Source: Thermomicrobiales bacterium
GTDB lineage: Bacteria; Chloroflexota; Chloroflexia; Thermomicrobiales; JALYUS01
Reading direction: 5' to 3'
Length of the DNA stretch: 64,000 bases
Assembly: GCA_038231255.1 (NCBI GenBank)
Contig: JBBRLR010000010.1
Coordinates: 8,989 to 72,988 of the forward strand
The notes under the pieces are model-generated. The model was not told where the DNA came from. It saw only the letters and a program-made list of their open reading frames with translations, and searched no databases. Below, piece after piece: positions 20,383-29,225 of this stretch. Made by a program: the position numbers and the translations under genes. The stretch's first letter is position 1. Every line of letters starts with the position of its first letter.

Positions 20383-20498
20383 CCGATAGGAGCTACGCAA
20401 TTCGCGAGAGAAACCCAGTGGTGGGGGGCTTTAGCCTGCCATAGCGAGACAGGCTAAAGCCCGGCACCACTAGGAAATTGCCCCATCTGCGTAAGTCC
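20383..20498. repeat. long palindromic element, family 2 (GGGCTTTAGCCTGCC core), copy 1
   Basis: gataggagctacgcaattcgcgagag..cagtggtggggggctttagcctgcc-atagcgaga-caggctaaagcccggcaccactag..ccccatctgcgtaagtcc. Near-identical architecture to 32683-32797. Confidence 0.75.
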
Positions 20499-20631
20499 TA
20501 AGAAGTTCACTACGCGACACGGGGAACGTGATTCGCCACTCGCCGTGCATCAATGACCGCCCGATGCCGAAGGTAGTACGCGAGGTCAACCACGCGCCAC
20601 CTCCATTTGAGCGAACGCGTTCATCTATCAT

Positions 20632-23430
20632 TCAGAGCAACCGTCCCTGCTGCGCGACGACGGCGATCCGCTTCGCTTCGCGCTCGGCCTGATTGATCGG
20701 TTTCAGTTCGTCCCAGTTCTGGCCGGCCTTCGCCTCGACTTCGAGCGGGACGACGAGTGTGAACGCGCCGGTCATCGCCTCGGTGACGGCTTCGCAGGTG
20801 CGCTCCAGTTCGCTCGCGGGCACTTCCAGCACCAGTTCGTCGTGCACTTGCAGGAGCATCTTGCCGCGCAGGTTATCACGCCGCAGCATCTCGTCCACGC
20901 GGATCATCGCCCGCTTGACGATGTCCGCCGCCGTGCCCTGGATCGGCGCATTCATCGCGGCGCGCTCGGCGGCCTGGCGGACATTCGGATTGCGCGACTG
21001 CAACTCCGGGAAATAGCGGCGGCGACCGAGCAGAGTGGAGACGTACCCTTTCTCTAATGCTTCCTCGCGGATCGAATCGGTCAACCGCTTCACGCCGGGG
21101 AAGCGCTCGAAGTAGATTTTGATGTAGTCGCGCGCCTTCCCCTGCGAGATGCCCGCGCTGTTCGCGAGACCGAAGGCGCTGATGCCATAGATGATGCCGA
21201 AGTTGACCGTCTTCGCGAGCCGCCGCGTGTCCGGGTCCACCGACTCATACGGCACGTCGAACATCTCCGCCGCAGTCGCGGTGTGGATGTCCCGCCCCTC
21301 GCGGAAGGCTTCCAGGAGCGATTCATCGCGCGAGACGTGGGCGAAGATGCGCAGTTCGATCTGCGAGTAGTCGCAGGCGAGCAGTACCGCCGGTTCGCCG
21401 TCAAAGATCGTCGTTTCCGGTGTATTCCCCGCAACAAAGGCGTGGCGCACCTCGCGCCCAACTTCGGTGCGAATGGGGATATTTTGCAGGTTCGGGTCGG
21501 TCGAAGAGAGCCGCCCTGTCGAGGCGACCGCCTGATTGAACGACGTATGCACGCGCCCCGTTTCCGGGTTGATGAGCAGCGGCAGCGCGTCTACGTATGT
21601 ACCTTTTAGCTTCGACAACTGCCGGTATTCGAGAATTTGCTTGACGATCGGGTGCTCCCACTGCAACGGCTCCAGCACATCCGAGGCGGTGCTATAGCCC
21701 GTTTTCGTCTTCTTGCCGTGCGGCAGGCTCAGTTCATCGAAAAGCACCGCGCCCAGTTGCATCGGGGAGTTGATGTTGAACGGATGCTTCGCCAATTCGT
21801 AGACATCGGCGGCGAGCGCGGCCATCTGCTCATCGAGGCGCACGGAGAGCGTGCGGAGGTAATCACCGTCCACCGTGATGCCGGTGCGCTCCATACCTGC
21901 GAGGATCGGCACGAGCGGTAGTTCGATCTCGTCCAGCAGGTGCAGGATTTCGCGCTTCTGCAAGTCGTCCCGCAGCGGCGAGACAAGGGCATTGGTGCAG
22001 TATGCATCGGAGGCGGCATAGGCGGCGGCTTGCGGCACCGGTACCTGCGCCATCGTGATCTGGTTGCGCCCCGTGCCGATCAAGTCCGTGATGTGCGTCA
22101 TCTCGATGCCGAGGCGCGTGAAGGCGAGTTCCTTCAATCCGACCGACGTTTCGCCAAGCAAATATGCGGCGAGCATCGTGTCAAAAACGAGGCCGTTCAG
22201 TTCCAGCCCCGCCCGCTCGAAGGCGAGGATGTCGAACTTCGCATTGTGCGCCACTTTGACAATGTCCGGGTCGGCGAAGACCGGGCCAAGACACTCGCGC
22301 ACCTCGGGCACGCTCAGTTGCTCGTCCGCCAGATAATGGCCGACGGGCAGATACCACGCCTCCTTGCCATCCACGGCGAGCGAGATGCCGACCAGCGCGC
22401 CCGTCACCGGGTTCGTGCTCGTTGTCTCAGTGTCGAAGGCGAACGTCCCCGCCTCGCGGAGCCGCGCCGCCAACGCAGGCAAATCCGCCGCCTTCGTTAC
22501 TGTCGTAACGATATGGTCGTGGTCGCCGTGGTTCGTGCTCTTCTGCGCCGAGACGTGCTCGGGCAACTTCGTCAGCAGGGAACGGAACTCCAACTCGCGG
22601 AACAGGCTGACGACTTTTTCGCGGTCGTACTCGTGCGTCCGGCACGCTTCGAGGTCGAGCTGAAGGTCAACGTCCGTCACAATTGTCGTCAGCACCTTGC
22701 TCTTCAGGGCATCCTCGTACTGCGACGTGATGAGGTCGCGGATGCGCGGGGGCATGATCTCGTCGAAATGATCGCGCCAGTTTTCGAGCGGGCCGAGTTG
22801 CTTGAGGAGCGCGGTCGCGCTCTTCTCGCCGATTCCCTTGACGCCGGGGATGTTGTCGCTCTTGTCGCCGACGAGCGCCTTATAATCAGCGACGAGCGGC
22901 GGCGCGAAGCCGTATCGCTCGACGGTCTTCGCCATATCGTAGATACGGAAGTCCGAAAAGCGATTCTGCACGCCGGGCAGCACGACGCTCACGCCGTCGT
23001 CCGAGACGAGTTGCAGCGTGTCCGTGTCGCCTGTGACGATATACGTTTCGACCCCTTCGCGCGCCGCGACCCGGCCGAGCGTGCCGATCACATCGTCCGC
23101 CTCGTAGCCGGGAATCATGAAGATCGGGATGTTAAGGGCCTCGACGACCTCCTTGACGCGCTCCTGCTGCTGCCGCATCTCATTCGGCATTGGCGGACGG
23201 TGCGCCTTATAGGTGGCGAGCAGGTCGTCGCGGAATGAGCCGCCCTTATCGAAGGCGACGACGATGTACGCTGGCGAAAAGGCGCGCAGTGCGTCGAGCA
23301 TCATCGCGGTGAACCCAAAGGTCGCGTTGACAAGTTCGCCGGACGAGGTCGCCATCGTCTGCGGCAGCGCAAAGAAGGCGCGATACAGGAGGGCGTGGCC
23401 GTCAATCAGGACGATTCGTTCTTTTGCCAC
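20632..23430 (-). CDS. polA: DNA polymerase I
   Basis: 932 aa with a 5'-3' exonuclease N-domain, a 3'-5' exo-like domain and a pol A family palm with DYSQIELR and QVHDELV motifs. Confidence 0.95.
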   Translation of the reverse strand: MAKERIVLIDGHALLYRAFFALPQTMATSSGELVNATFGFTAMMLDALRAFSPAYIVVAFDKGGSFRDDLLATYKAHRPPMPNEMRQQQERVKEVVEALNIPIFMIPGYEADDVIGTLGRVAAREGVETYIVTGDTDTLQLVSDDGVSVVLPGVQNRFSDFRIYDMAKTVERYGFAPPLVADYKALVGDKSDNIPGVKGIGEKSATALLKQLGPLENWRDHFDEIMPPRIRDLITSQYEDALKSKVLTTIVTDVDLQLDLEACRTHEYDREKVVSLFRELEFRSLLTKLPEHVSAQKSTNHGDHDHIVTTVTKAADLPALAARLREAGTFAFDTETTSTNPVTGALVGISLAVDGKEAWYLPVGHYLADEQLSVPEVRECLGPVFADPDIVKVAHNAKFDILAFERAGLELNGLVFDTMLAAYLLGETSVGLKELAFTRLGIEMTHITDLIGTGRNQITMAQVPVPQAAAYAASDAYCTNALVSPLRDDLQKREILHLLDEIELPLVPILAGMERTGITVDGDYLRTLSVRLDEQMAALAADVYELAKHPFNINSPMQLGAVLFDELSLPHGKKTKTGYSTASDVLEPLQWEHPIVKQILEYRQLSKLKGTYVDALPLLINPETGRVHTSFNQAVASTGRLSSTDPNLQNIPIRTEVGREVRHAFVAGNTPETTIFDGEPAVLLACDYSQIELRIFAHVSRDESLLEAFREGRDIHTATAAEMFDVPYESVDPDTRRLAKTVNFGIIYGISAFGLANSAGISQGKARDYIKIYFERFPGVKRLTDSIREEALEKGYVSTLLGRRRYFPELQSRNPNVRQAAERAAMNAPIQGTAADIVKRAMIRVDEMLRRDNLRGKMLLQVHDELVLEVPASELERTCEAVTEAMTGAFTLVVPLEVEAKAGQNWDELKPINQAEREAKRIAVVAQQGRLL

Positions 23431-23445
23431 GTCGCTCTCCTTTTT

Positions 23446-23504
23446 GAGGACGAAGGACTGAGGACTAAGACGGCATCCAACTTAGTCCTCAGTCCTTCGT
23501 CCTC
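23446..23504. repeat. perfect 24-bp hairpin built from GAGGAC-type heptads
   Basis: gaggac-gaaggac-tgaggac-taag, an 11-nt loop, then cttagtcctcagtccttcgtcctc. Lies between the BFN gene stop (23507) and the polA start (23430). Confidence 0.7.
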
Positions 23505-23506
23505 TC

Positions 23507-24031
23507 TCAATTGCCTTCTTTTTTCTCGTCCGGGAAGTCGAGACCGTTGATAAAACTGCGGAAGGAGTTAAGCTTCTCGTCGTCGGGGGACGGCTTCGGC
23601 TTCGCTTCTCCGTCGGCTTCCTCCTCGTCCTCACCGAAAAGGACGCCTGCCTTCTCCATTACGACCTCGTCCACGAAGATCGGCACCTTGGTCCGCACGG
23701 CGAGGGCGATGGCATCGGAGGGGCGGGAATCAATTTCCACCTGCCGCCCAGCCGCCTCGATGACGATGGTGGCGTAGAAGACATCGTCGCGCAGGCCGGT
23801 GACGAGGATGCGCCGAACGCGCCCGCCGAGGTCGCCAATGATATTCTTCATGATGTCATAGGGGAGTGGCCGGGCCGCCTCGACCCCCTGCAACTCCATC
23901 GCAATCGCCTCGGCCTCGAAATGCCCGATCCAGATAGGGAGGTAGCGCTCGCCCTCCAGTTCCTTGAGGATGACGACGCGCTGGCTCGTGACGAGGCTGA
24001 CGCGGATAGATTCGACGACTGATTCGATCAT
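23507..24031 (-). CDS. bifunctional nuclease (BFN/DUF151) family protein
   Basis: From ATG 24031: VVILKE..GERYLPIWIGHFEAEAIA..RPLPYD..SRPSDAIALAVR, typical of DUF151, followed by an acidic C-terminal tail. Confidence 0.8.
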   Translation of the reverse strand: MIESVVESIRVSLVTSQRVVILKELEGERYLPIWIGHFEAEAIAMELQGVEAARPLPYDIMKNIIGDLGGRVRRILVTGLRDDVFYATIVIEAAGRQVEIDSRPSDAIALAVRTKVPIFVDEVVMEKAGVLFGEDEEEADGEAKPKPSPDDEKLNSFRSFINGLDFPDEKKEGN

Positions 24032-24178
24032 CTGGCGCACGCCTTTCGCGGCAGGCTTTCGGTGCGGAATATCCCGGTACGGCGCGATGCGGATACATGC
24101 GGAAATTCGTCCTCCATGCAGCGAACCAACGCCTTGTTTTCGCTCCGATTGTACCGCCATCGCCCGAATCGGGCAACG

Positions 24179-24991
24179 TCATCGCGCTCCAGCCACTACC
24201 GGGGAGAGCGTAGCCGCAACGCGCTCCAGGAGTTCGTCCGCCAATTCCCGATACGCCTGCGCGCCCCGCCCGGAAGAGTCGTATTCGGTGATCGCCTGCC
24301 CGTACGACGGCGCTTCCGCGAGGCGGACAGTGCGCGGTACGACGCTCTTGAAGATGCGCGTCGGGAAGAAACGGCGGACCTCCGCGACGACTTGCGGCGC
24401 GAGCCGGGTGCGCGCGTCGTACATCGTCATGATAACGCCCGTCACATCCAGCGTCGGATTGACGGTGCGCTTGACACGATCCACCGTCTGCACCAGTTGC
24501 AGTAGCCCTTCAAGGGCGAGGAATTCGCACTGGATCGGGATGAGAACGCCGTGCGCGGCGGTCAGCGCATTGACGGTGAGCAGGCCGAGCGAGGGCGGGC
24601 AATCCACGAAGATGAAATCGTAGGATTCAGCAACCGTCCCGAGCGCGGCGCGCAGGTAGGTTTCGCGCCGGGGCAGGTCCACCAGTTCGATCTCCGCCGC
24701 TGCAAGGACACTCGTGCTCGGCAGGAGATCGAGATGCGGCACGCGCGTTGGCCGGATCACTTCGGCGGCGGGCGCTTCGTTGAGCAGCACGTCGTAGAGC
24801 GTCGTCAGCATCGCCGCCTTATCCATGCCGAGGCTGCTGGAAGCGTTCCCTTGCGGATCGGTGTCCACCAAAAGGACACGCCGCCCTTTCGCCGCAACGC
24901 ACGCCGCGAGATTAACGGCGGTCGTCGTCTTGCCGACGCCACCCTTCTGATTCGACACCGCGAAAATTCGCGCGCCCCCGCCCATACACAC
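24179..24991 (-). CDS. parA: ParA/Soj family partition ATPase
   Basis: Deviant Walker A motif NQKGGVGKTTTAVNLAA, DTDPQGN and ParA-like length. No parB gene is adjacent. Confidence 0.9.
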   Translation of the reverse strand: MCMGGGARIFAVSNQKGGVGKTTTAVNLAACVAAKGRRVLLVDTDPQGNASSSLGMDKAAMLTTLYDVLLNEAPAAEVIRPTRVPHLDLLPSTSVLAAAEIELVDLPRRETYLRAALGTVAESYDFIFVDCPPSLGLLTVNALTAAHGVLIPIQCEFLALEGLLQLVQTVDRVKRTVNPTLDVTGVIMTMYDARTRLAPQVVAEVRRFFPTRIFKSVVPRTVRLAEAPSYGQAITEYDSSGRGAQAYRELADELLERVAATLSPVVAGAR

Positions 24992-25073
24992 CGCTTCCGA
25001 ACACCCGTACGAACACTGCCGCGAGTGTAGCGCGATGGCCGGGGGAGTGCAACGGGGAGGGGAACCTCACCCT

Positions 25074-25787
25074 TTACGCCACCGCAGATCGATTCTCGGC
25101 GCGGAACATGTAGCCGATGCCGCGCACGGTATGGATGTATGTCGGGGCGGCGGGGTTGGATTCGATCTTCGCGCGCACGCGGCGGATATACACATCCACG
25201 CGGTTGCCGAAGTCGTCGCAGTCGTAGCCCCAGGTCCGCTCGATCAGCGCCTCGCGGGTGATGACGCCGTTGGCGTTGCGCATCAGGCACTCGAGAATCT
25301 TCATCTCGGTCGGCGTGAGCAGGACAGGGGGTCGGCCCGGCGCGGAGAATGCCAAGTCGCCGAGGTCGAGGCAAATCTCGCCCACTTTGATGACGGAGCC
25401 GTAGACATTCCGCTCGACGCGGTGATAGCGACGCAGCACTGCCTGGATGCGCGCCAGGAGTTCGGTCGGCTCGAACGGCTTCGCGACATAATCGTCCGCA
25501 CCGTGCTCGAAGCCTTCCACTTTGTCGCTCACATGCGAGCGCCCGCTGAGGAAAATGATCGGTATGTCGGGGTGCGCGTCGCGCATCTCTTTCGCGACGA
25601 CATAACCGTCCACATGCGGCAGCGTGATGTCGAGCAGGACAAGGTCAATCGCGTTATTGTGCAGGAACGCGCTCGCGCCGCGCGGGTCCGCGAGGACGGT
25701 GATCGAATACCCCGCATCAGCGAGCAGAAACGTCAGCAATTTACCGATGAGGGGATCGTCGTCAATAAGTAAAATGTGCGTGTTCAT
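25074..25787 (-). CDS. OmpR/PhoB-family response regulator
   Basis: From ATG 25787: receiver domain (ILLIDDD..DLVLLDITLP..) plus a winged-helix trans_reg_C domain (LTPTEMKILECL..VRGIGYMF). No histidine kinase gene is adjacent. Confidence 0.9.
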   Translation of the reverse strand: MNTHILLIDDDPLIGKLLTFLLADAGYSITVLADPRGASAFLHNNAIDLVLLDITLPHVDGYVVAKEMRDAHPDIPIIFLSGRSHVSDKVEGFEHGADDYVAKPFEPTELLARIQAVLRRYHRVERNVYGSVIKVGEICLDLGDLAFSAPGRPPVLLTPTEMKILECLMRNANGVITREALIERTWGYDCDDFGNRVDVYIRRVRAKIESNPAAPTYIHTVRGIGYMFRAENRSAVA

Positions 25788-26072
25788 TTGTCGTTTCCCT
25801 GTATGGTCCAGCGCATCGCGGCCTTTTCCTTCCCGTACGTGCCCATGCCCCATATGACACTGACACCACGTCTCCCCTTCCATGGACGATAATGCATCCC
25901 TATCCTGACATTTATTTCTGATCTACAGCCCTCAAGTATGACAGCTTTGTCACTTGGTCTCGGCTCCCACCTTCCGGCCTGTTATTCGGCAGTTCGCGGC
26001 GCGGAGGGGAACGGAGCATGTACACTACCGATCAACGACGACCGCGCCAGGGTGAAGGAGGGAGATGCACCG

Positions 26073-26933
26073 ATGCAAACCGCCAGTCGAGGGCTGATCG
26101 TGGATACGCACATGCATGTCTGGAAGATTGACCCGCCACGCTATACGCTCGAACAAACGCTCACGGATGTCCCGCTACCAACGGAGGATGCGCCGATCGA
26201 GGACCTGCTCGCCGACAACGCGGCGGCGGGCGTCGCGCATACCGTCCTCGTGCAGCCGAGCACATCCGGGTGGAACAACCGCTACGTCGTCGAGAGCGCG
26301 GCGGCGCACCCGCGCCTCTTCGCGGCGCACGGGCTGATTGATCCCAATTCGCGGACGAACGCCGCCGATCTGCGCGAATGGATGGCGGCGGGCATGGCCG
26401 GTTTCCGGTTCAACATGGTGCGCGACCGTGACCCGGCATGGGTGAACGCGCCGCGCAACCACGCCCTCTGGGAGACGGCGCAGGAACTCGGGGCGGTGAT
26501 CAATGTGCAGATGCACCCACCCCAGGCGTGGCGGCTCCTCGAGATCGCCGGTCGCTATCCCGGCGTCAAGGTGATCGTGGACCATCTCGGCAAGCCGGAC
26601 ATCGCCGAGCCGCCGCCGTACGCGCAGTTCGCGCAGGTCCTCGCGCTCGCCGATCTGCCGAACACCTACGTCAAGGTTTCCGCGCTCTCGCTCGCCTCGC
26701 GCACCAGGGAATACCCGTACCGCGATGTCTTTCCCTGGGTGAAGATGCTTTACGAGGCGTTCGGCCCGTCGCGGCTTCTCTGGGGCACCGGCTATCCCGG
26801 TGTGCGCCGCGCCCTACCGCTCGATAAGGAACTAGCGATCATCACGCAGCACCTCCCCTTCCTGCTCGAAGACGACAAGCAGTGGATCCTCGGTCGCACG
26901 GCGATGACCATCTGGCCCTTCGAAACACGCTGA
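26073..26933 (+). CDS. amidohydrolase-2 (TIM-barrel metal-dependent hydrolase) family protein
   Basis: ATG 26073 follows AAGGAGGG. IVDTHMHVW metal motif, and VDHLGKP later in the protein. Confidence 0.7.
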   Translation: MQTASRGLIVDTHMHVWKIDPPRYTLEQTLTDVPLPTEDAPIEDLLADNAAAGVAHTVLVQPSTSGWNNRYVVESAAAHPRLFAAHGLIDPNSRTNAADLREWMAAGMAGFRFNMVRDRDPAWVNAPRNHALWETAQELGAVINVQMHPPQAWRLLEIAGRYPGVKVIVDHLGKPDIAEPPPYAQFAQVLALADLPNTYVKVSALSLASRTREYPYRDVFPWVKMLYEAFGPSRLLWGTGYPGVRRALPLDKELAIITQHLPFLLEDDKQWILGRTAMTIWPFETR

Positions 26934-26936
26934 GGC

Positions 26937-27067
26937 GAAACCGGGGAGAACCGCAAAGGACGCAAAGAAGAAAGAGGGAAGAGAAATAAGAAAATGAGAA
27001 TGGAATCTTCTTTCTCACTCTTTGCGCTCTTTGCGTCCTTTGCGCCTTTGCGATTCTCCCTGGCTTC
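26937..27067. repeat. palindromic intergenic element, family 1 (9-nt GCAAAGGAC/GCAGAGGAC units), locus 1
   Basis: gaaaccggggagaaccgcaaaggacgcaaagaag ... ctctttgcgctctttgcgtcctttgcgcctttgcgattctccctggcttc. Begins 4 nt after the stop at 26933. Confidence 0.8.
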
Positions 27068-27157
27068 ACCTCTCTAGCACCAGGATGTGTTTGCCACTAT
27101 ACTGGCGTGTGTTCGTACACAGTGGGAGGGTGGCTATCGCAGGGAAGGGGCGGGTAC

Positions 27158-27712
27158 GTGCAGACCGAACGCCGCGAGACGGGCAAAAACGAGACGGACG
27201 AATCCAAAACGATTGACGAACATCCTGCATTGAAACAGGAGCATAGTCGGCAATCGGAAGCGGTACGGCGCGCTATCACGCCGTGGTTGAGCGGCGCGGA
27301 CACACTCGTCTATGTTCTCGTCGGCATCGTCTTTCTCGCGGGCGCATTGGCGATGCTTGGCTACACCGTGTACACCTTCATCGGGCATTTCAACGACGAT
27401 TTTCCGCAGGCGATCATTACGCTTGTCAACGACCTGCTACTCGTGATGATTATTATGGAGGTCTTGCGCACCGTGCTTTCGTACATCGAGGAACGTGGCG
27501 CGTCGCTCCGTCCGTTCCTCTTCATCGGCGCGATCTCTGCGACCCGGCGCATCCTCGCCATCGGCGCGGAAGCGACGATCACCGATCAACAGAAGCCCAG
27601 CATCCCGCACGAAGAGTTCATGCGCCGTCTCGTAGACCTCGGCGTCAACGCCTGTGTTATCCTCGCGATCGTCATCGCACTCTTCCTGCTTTCCCTGCGC
27701 GATGCATCGTAA
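27158..27712 (+). CDS. PsiE-like (phosphate-starvation-inducible) membrane protein
   Basis: The TM core LVYVLVGIVFLAGALAML..LLLVMIIMEVLRTV..FLFIGAISATRRIL resembles the PsiE family. The start is uncertain: GTG 27158 follows GGAAGGGG, while the ORF track starts at 27107. Confidence 0.55.
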   Translation: MQTERRETGKNETDESKTIDEHPALKQEHSRQSEAVRRAITPWLSGADTLVYVLVGIVFLAGALAMLGYTVYTFIGHFNDDFPQAIITLVNDLLLVMIIMEVLRTVLSYIEERGASLRPFLFIGAISATRRILAIGAEATITDQQKPSIPHEEFMRRLVDLGVNACVILAIVIALFLLSLRDAS

Positions 27713-27754
27713 CATGACGGCGGCGCTATCTCACAGGCGCGTGCCCACGGGCGC

Positions 27755-28507
27755 TTATGACGGACTCGCGGCGCGCAACCGGCGCGCGGACAGCGCCGGG
27801 AAGGGCGCTTCGGATTCCGCCAACTCCGCGATCACCGCTTCGTAATCGTAGGCGACGCGCCGGTGCGTGACCTGCCAGTGGTCGCCGTCCCACGCAACAA
27901 GCGCGTACGCCGCGCGGTGATCGCCATCGAAGGGGAAGCCGGACGCGCCGATGGATGCGACGCGCCAGCCGCGCACCATGCCCGCCGAGGCGTAATGAAT
28001 GTGCCCGTAGAGGATCAGATCGGCCCGCGCATCGCCGATCATCGCCGTCGCCTCGTCTTCCGACGTAATCTGTTGATCGGTCGCCCCGGGCCGCAATTGC
28101 ACAATCAACGTCGCGTTCACATCCGTCGGCGTCGCGTGGACGATCAACAGGTCATCTTCCGGCGATCTGCCGCCGGGTGGCGTGATGCGATGCTCGAAGG
28201 GCAGCGACGCGAGATAAGCGGCACCATCCGCCCCGATCCGCTCGCGTACCCACCGTACGCCCGGATCGTTCGCCATCGGGCTGTTGGCATCGGTGAAGAA
28301 CCGGTCCGTGTTGCCGTAGATCGTCGGGACGTTTTGCTCACGCACCCGCGCCAGCGACTCCGCCGGGCGCGGCCCGTTCAAGACGAGATCGCCCGCAATC
28401 ACGAGCGCGTCGTATCGCTGCGTCGCGAGCGCCGCGAGCGCGGCGTTGAACCCGGCGAGATTGCCGTGAATGTCCGATAGCACCGCAACGGTGTACTGGT
28501 GCGCCAT
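27755..28507 (-). CDS. metallophosphoesterase (calcineurin-like) family protein
   Basis: Motifs VLSDIHGN, AGDLVLNG, GNTD, VHATP and YGHIH. Confidence 0.8.
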   Translation of the reverse strand: MAHQYTVAVLSDIHGNLAGFNAALAALATQRYDALVIAGDLVLNGPRPAESLARVREQNVPTIYGNTDRFFTDANSPMANDPGVRWVRERIGADGAAYLASLPFEHRITPPGGRSPEDDLLIVHATPTDVNATLIVQLRPGATDQQITSEDEATAMIGDARADLILYGHIHYASAGMVRGWRVASIGASGFPFDGDHRAAYALVAWDGDHWQVTHRRVAYDYEAVIAELAESEAPFPALSARRLRAASPS

Positions 28508-28519
28508 CTCGCATCCCTC

Positions 28520-29134
28520 CTACAGCAACACGAAGACGAGTACGCCGACGACCGCCCCCACAAACGCCCCCGCCGAGATCTCCCCCGGCGTGTGTGCCCG
28601 AAGCGTCAGACGCGCCCAGCCAACCGCACCGATCACCACGAGGACGGGCAAGAACGCGGCGCCATAGGCCATCGGAAGCGCGACCGCAGCGACCGCAGCG
28701 CTCATCGCGTGGAGGCTGAATTTGCATACCAACTGGTTCACGCCCGCACCGATGATGAGGCAAAGCGTCATCGCTACCATCAGCAACATCGTCCGGCGTG
28801 GCGCGACGACCCGGATCGTCAGTTCCGTCCCGACGATGTAGCAAAGAATCATCACGCCGTACGCGAGCGGGCGTTCGTTCCGATTCGAGACGTACAGATC
28901 GGTAATCGTGCCGCGCTTCAGCATGACGACGAAGAGGATCGCCGGGAGCGTCGCCGCGCAGGTGATCGTCGCGCAGCACCAAACGAGCCAGCGGGCCACG
29001 GTGACGCGCGGCTCGTGAAAACCGTTGAACAACGCTAGAAGCGGGATGATCGTTACCGTCGGTTGCATGACGGCGCTAATGGTCCGCGCGGCGATAATGT
29101 GAGCAGACGTGCGCGTGAGCGATCCGATGACCAT
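28520..29134 (-). CDS. PAP2-like membrane phosphatase candidate
   Basis: From ATG 29134: six TM helices, SLHAMS (PSGH-like) and ARLTLRAHTPGE (SRx5Hx3D/E-like). The longer ORF-track N-terminus runs through a hairpin repeat and is rejected. Confidence 0.5.
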   Translation of the reverse strand: MVIGSLTRTSAHIIAARTISAVMQPTVTIIPLLALFNGFHEPRVTVARWLVWCCATITCAATLPAILFVVMLKRGTITDLYVSNRNERPLAYGVMILCYIVGTELTIRVVAPRRTMLLMVAMTLCLIIGAGVNQLVCKFSLHAMSAAVAAVALPMAYGAAFLPVLVVIGAVGWARLTLRAHTPGEISAGAFVGAVVGVLVFVLL

Positions 29135-29150
29135 GCCGGAATGATACCAC

Positions 29151-29224
29151 GGGAGTTCGCGGTTCGCGGTTCGGGGAGAACTTTCCCTTCTTCGAACCGC
29201 GAACCGCGAACCGTGAACTCCCCT
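29151..29224. repeat. heptad-built hairpin (3 x GTTCGCG per arm)
   Basis: gggag-ttcgcgg-ttcgcgg-ttcgggg-agaac ... cgaaccg-cgaaccg-cgaaccg-tgaactcccc. Lies between the S8 peptidase stop (29226) and the PAP2-like start (29134). Confidence 0.75.
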
Positions 29225-29225
29225 T

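Noticed and set aside
23446-23504. The 24-bp perfect hairpin as a Rho-independent terminator for the BFN gene
   Set aside because: On the minus strand the stem is followed by AAAAAGGAG rather than a U-tract. On the plus strand the T-run precedes the stem. It is kept only as a repeat.
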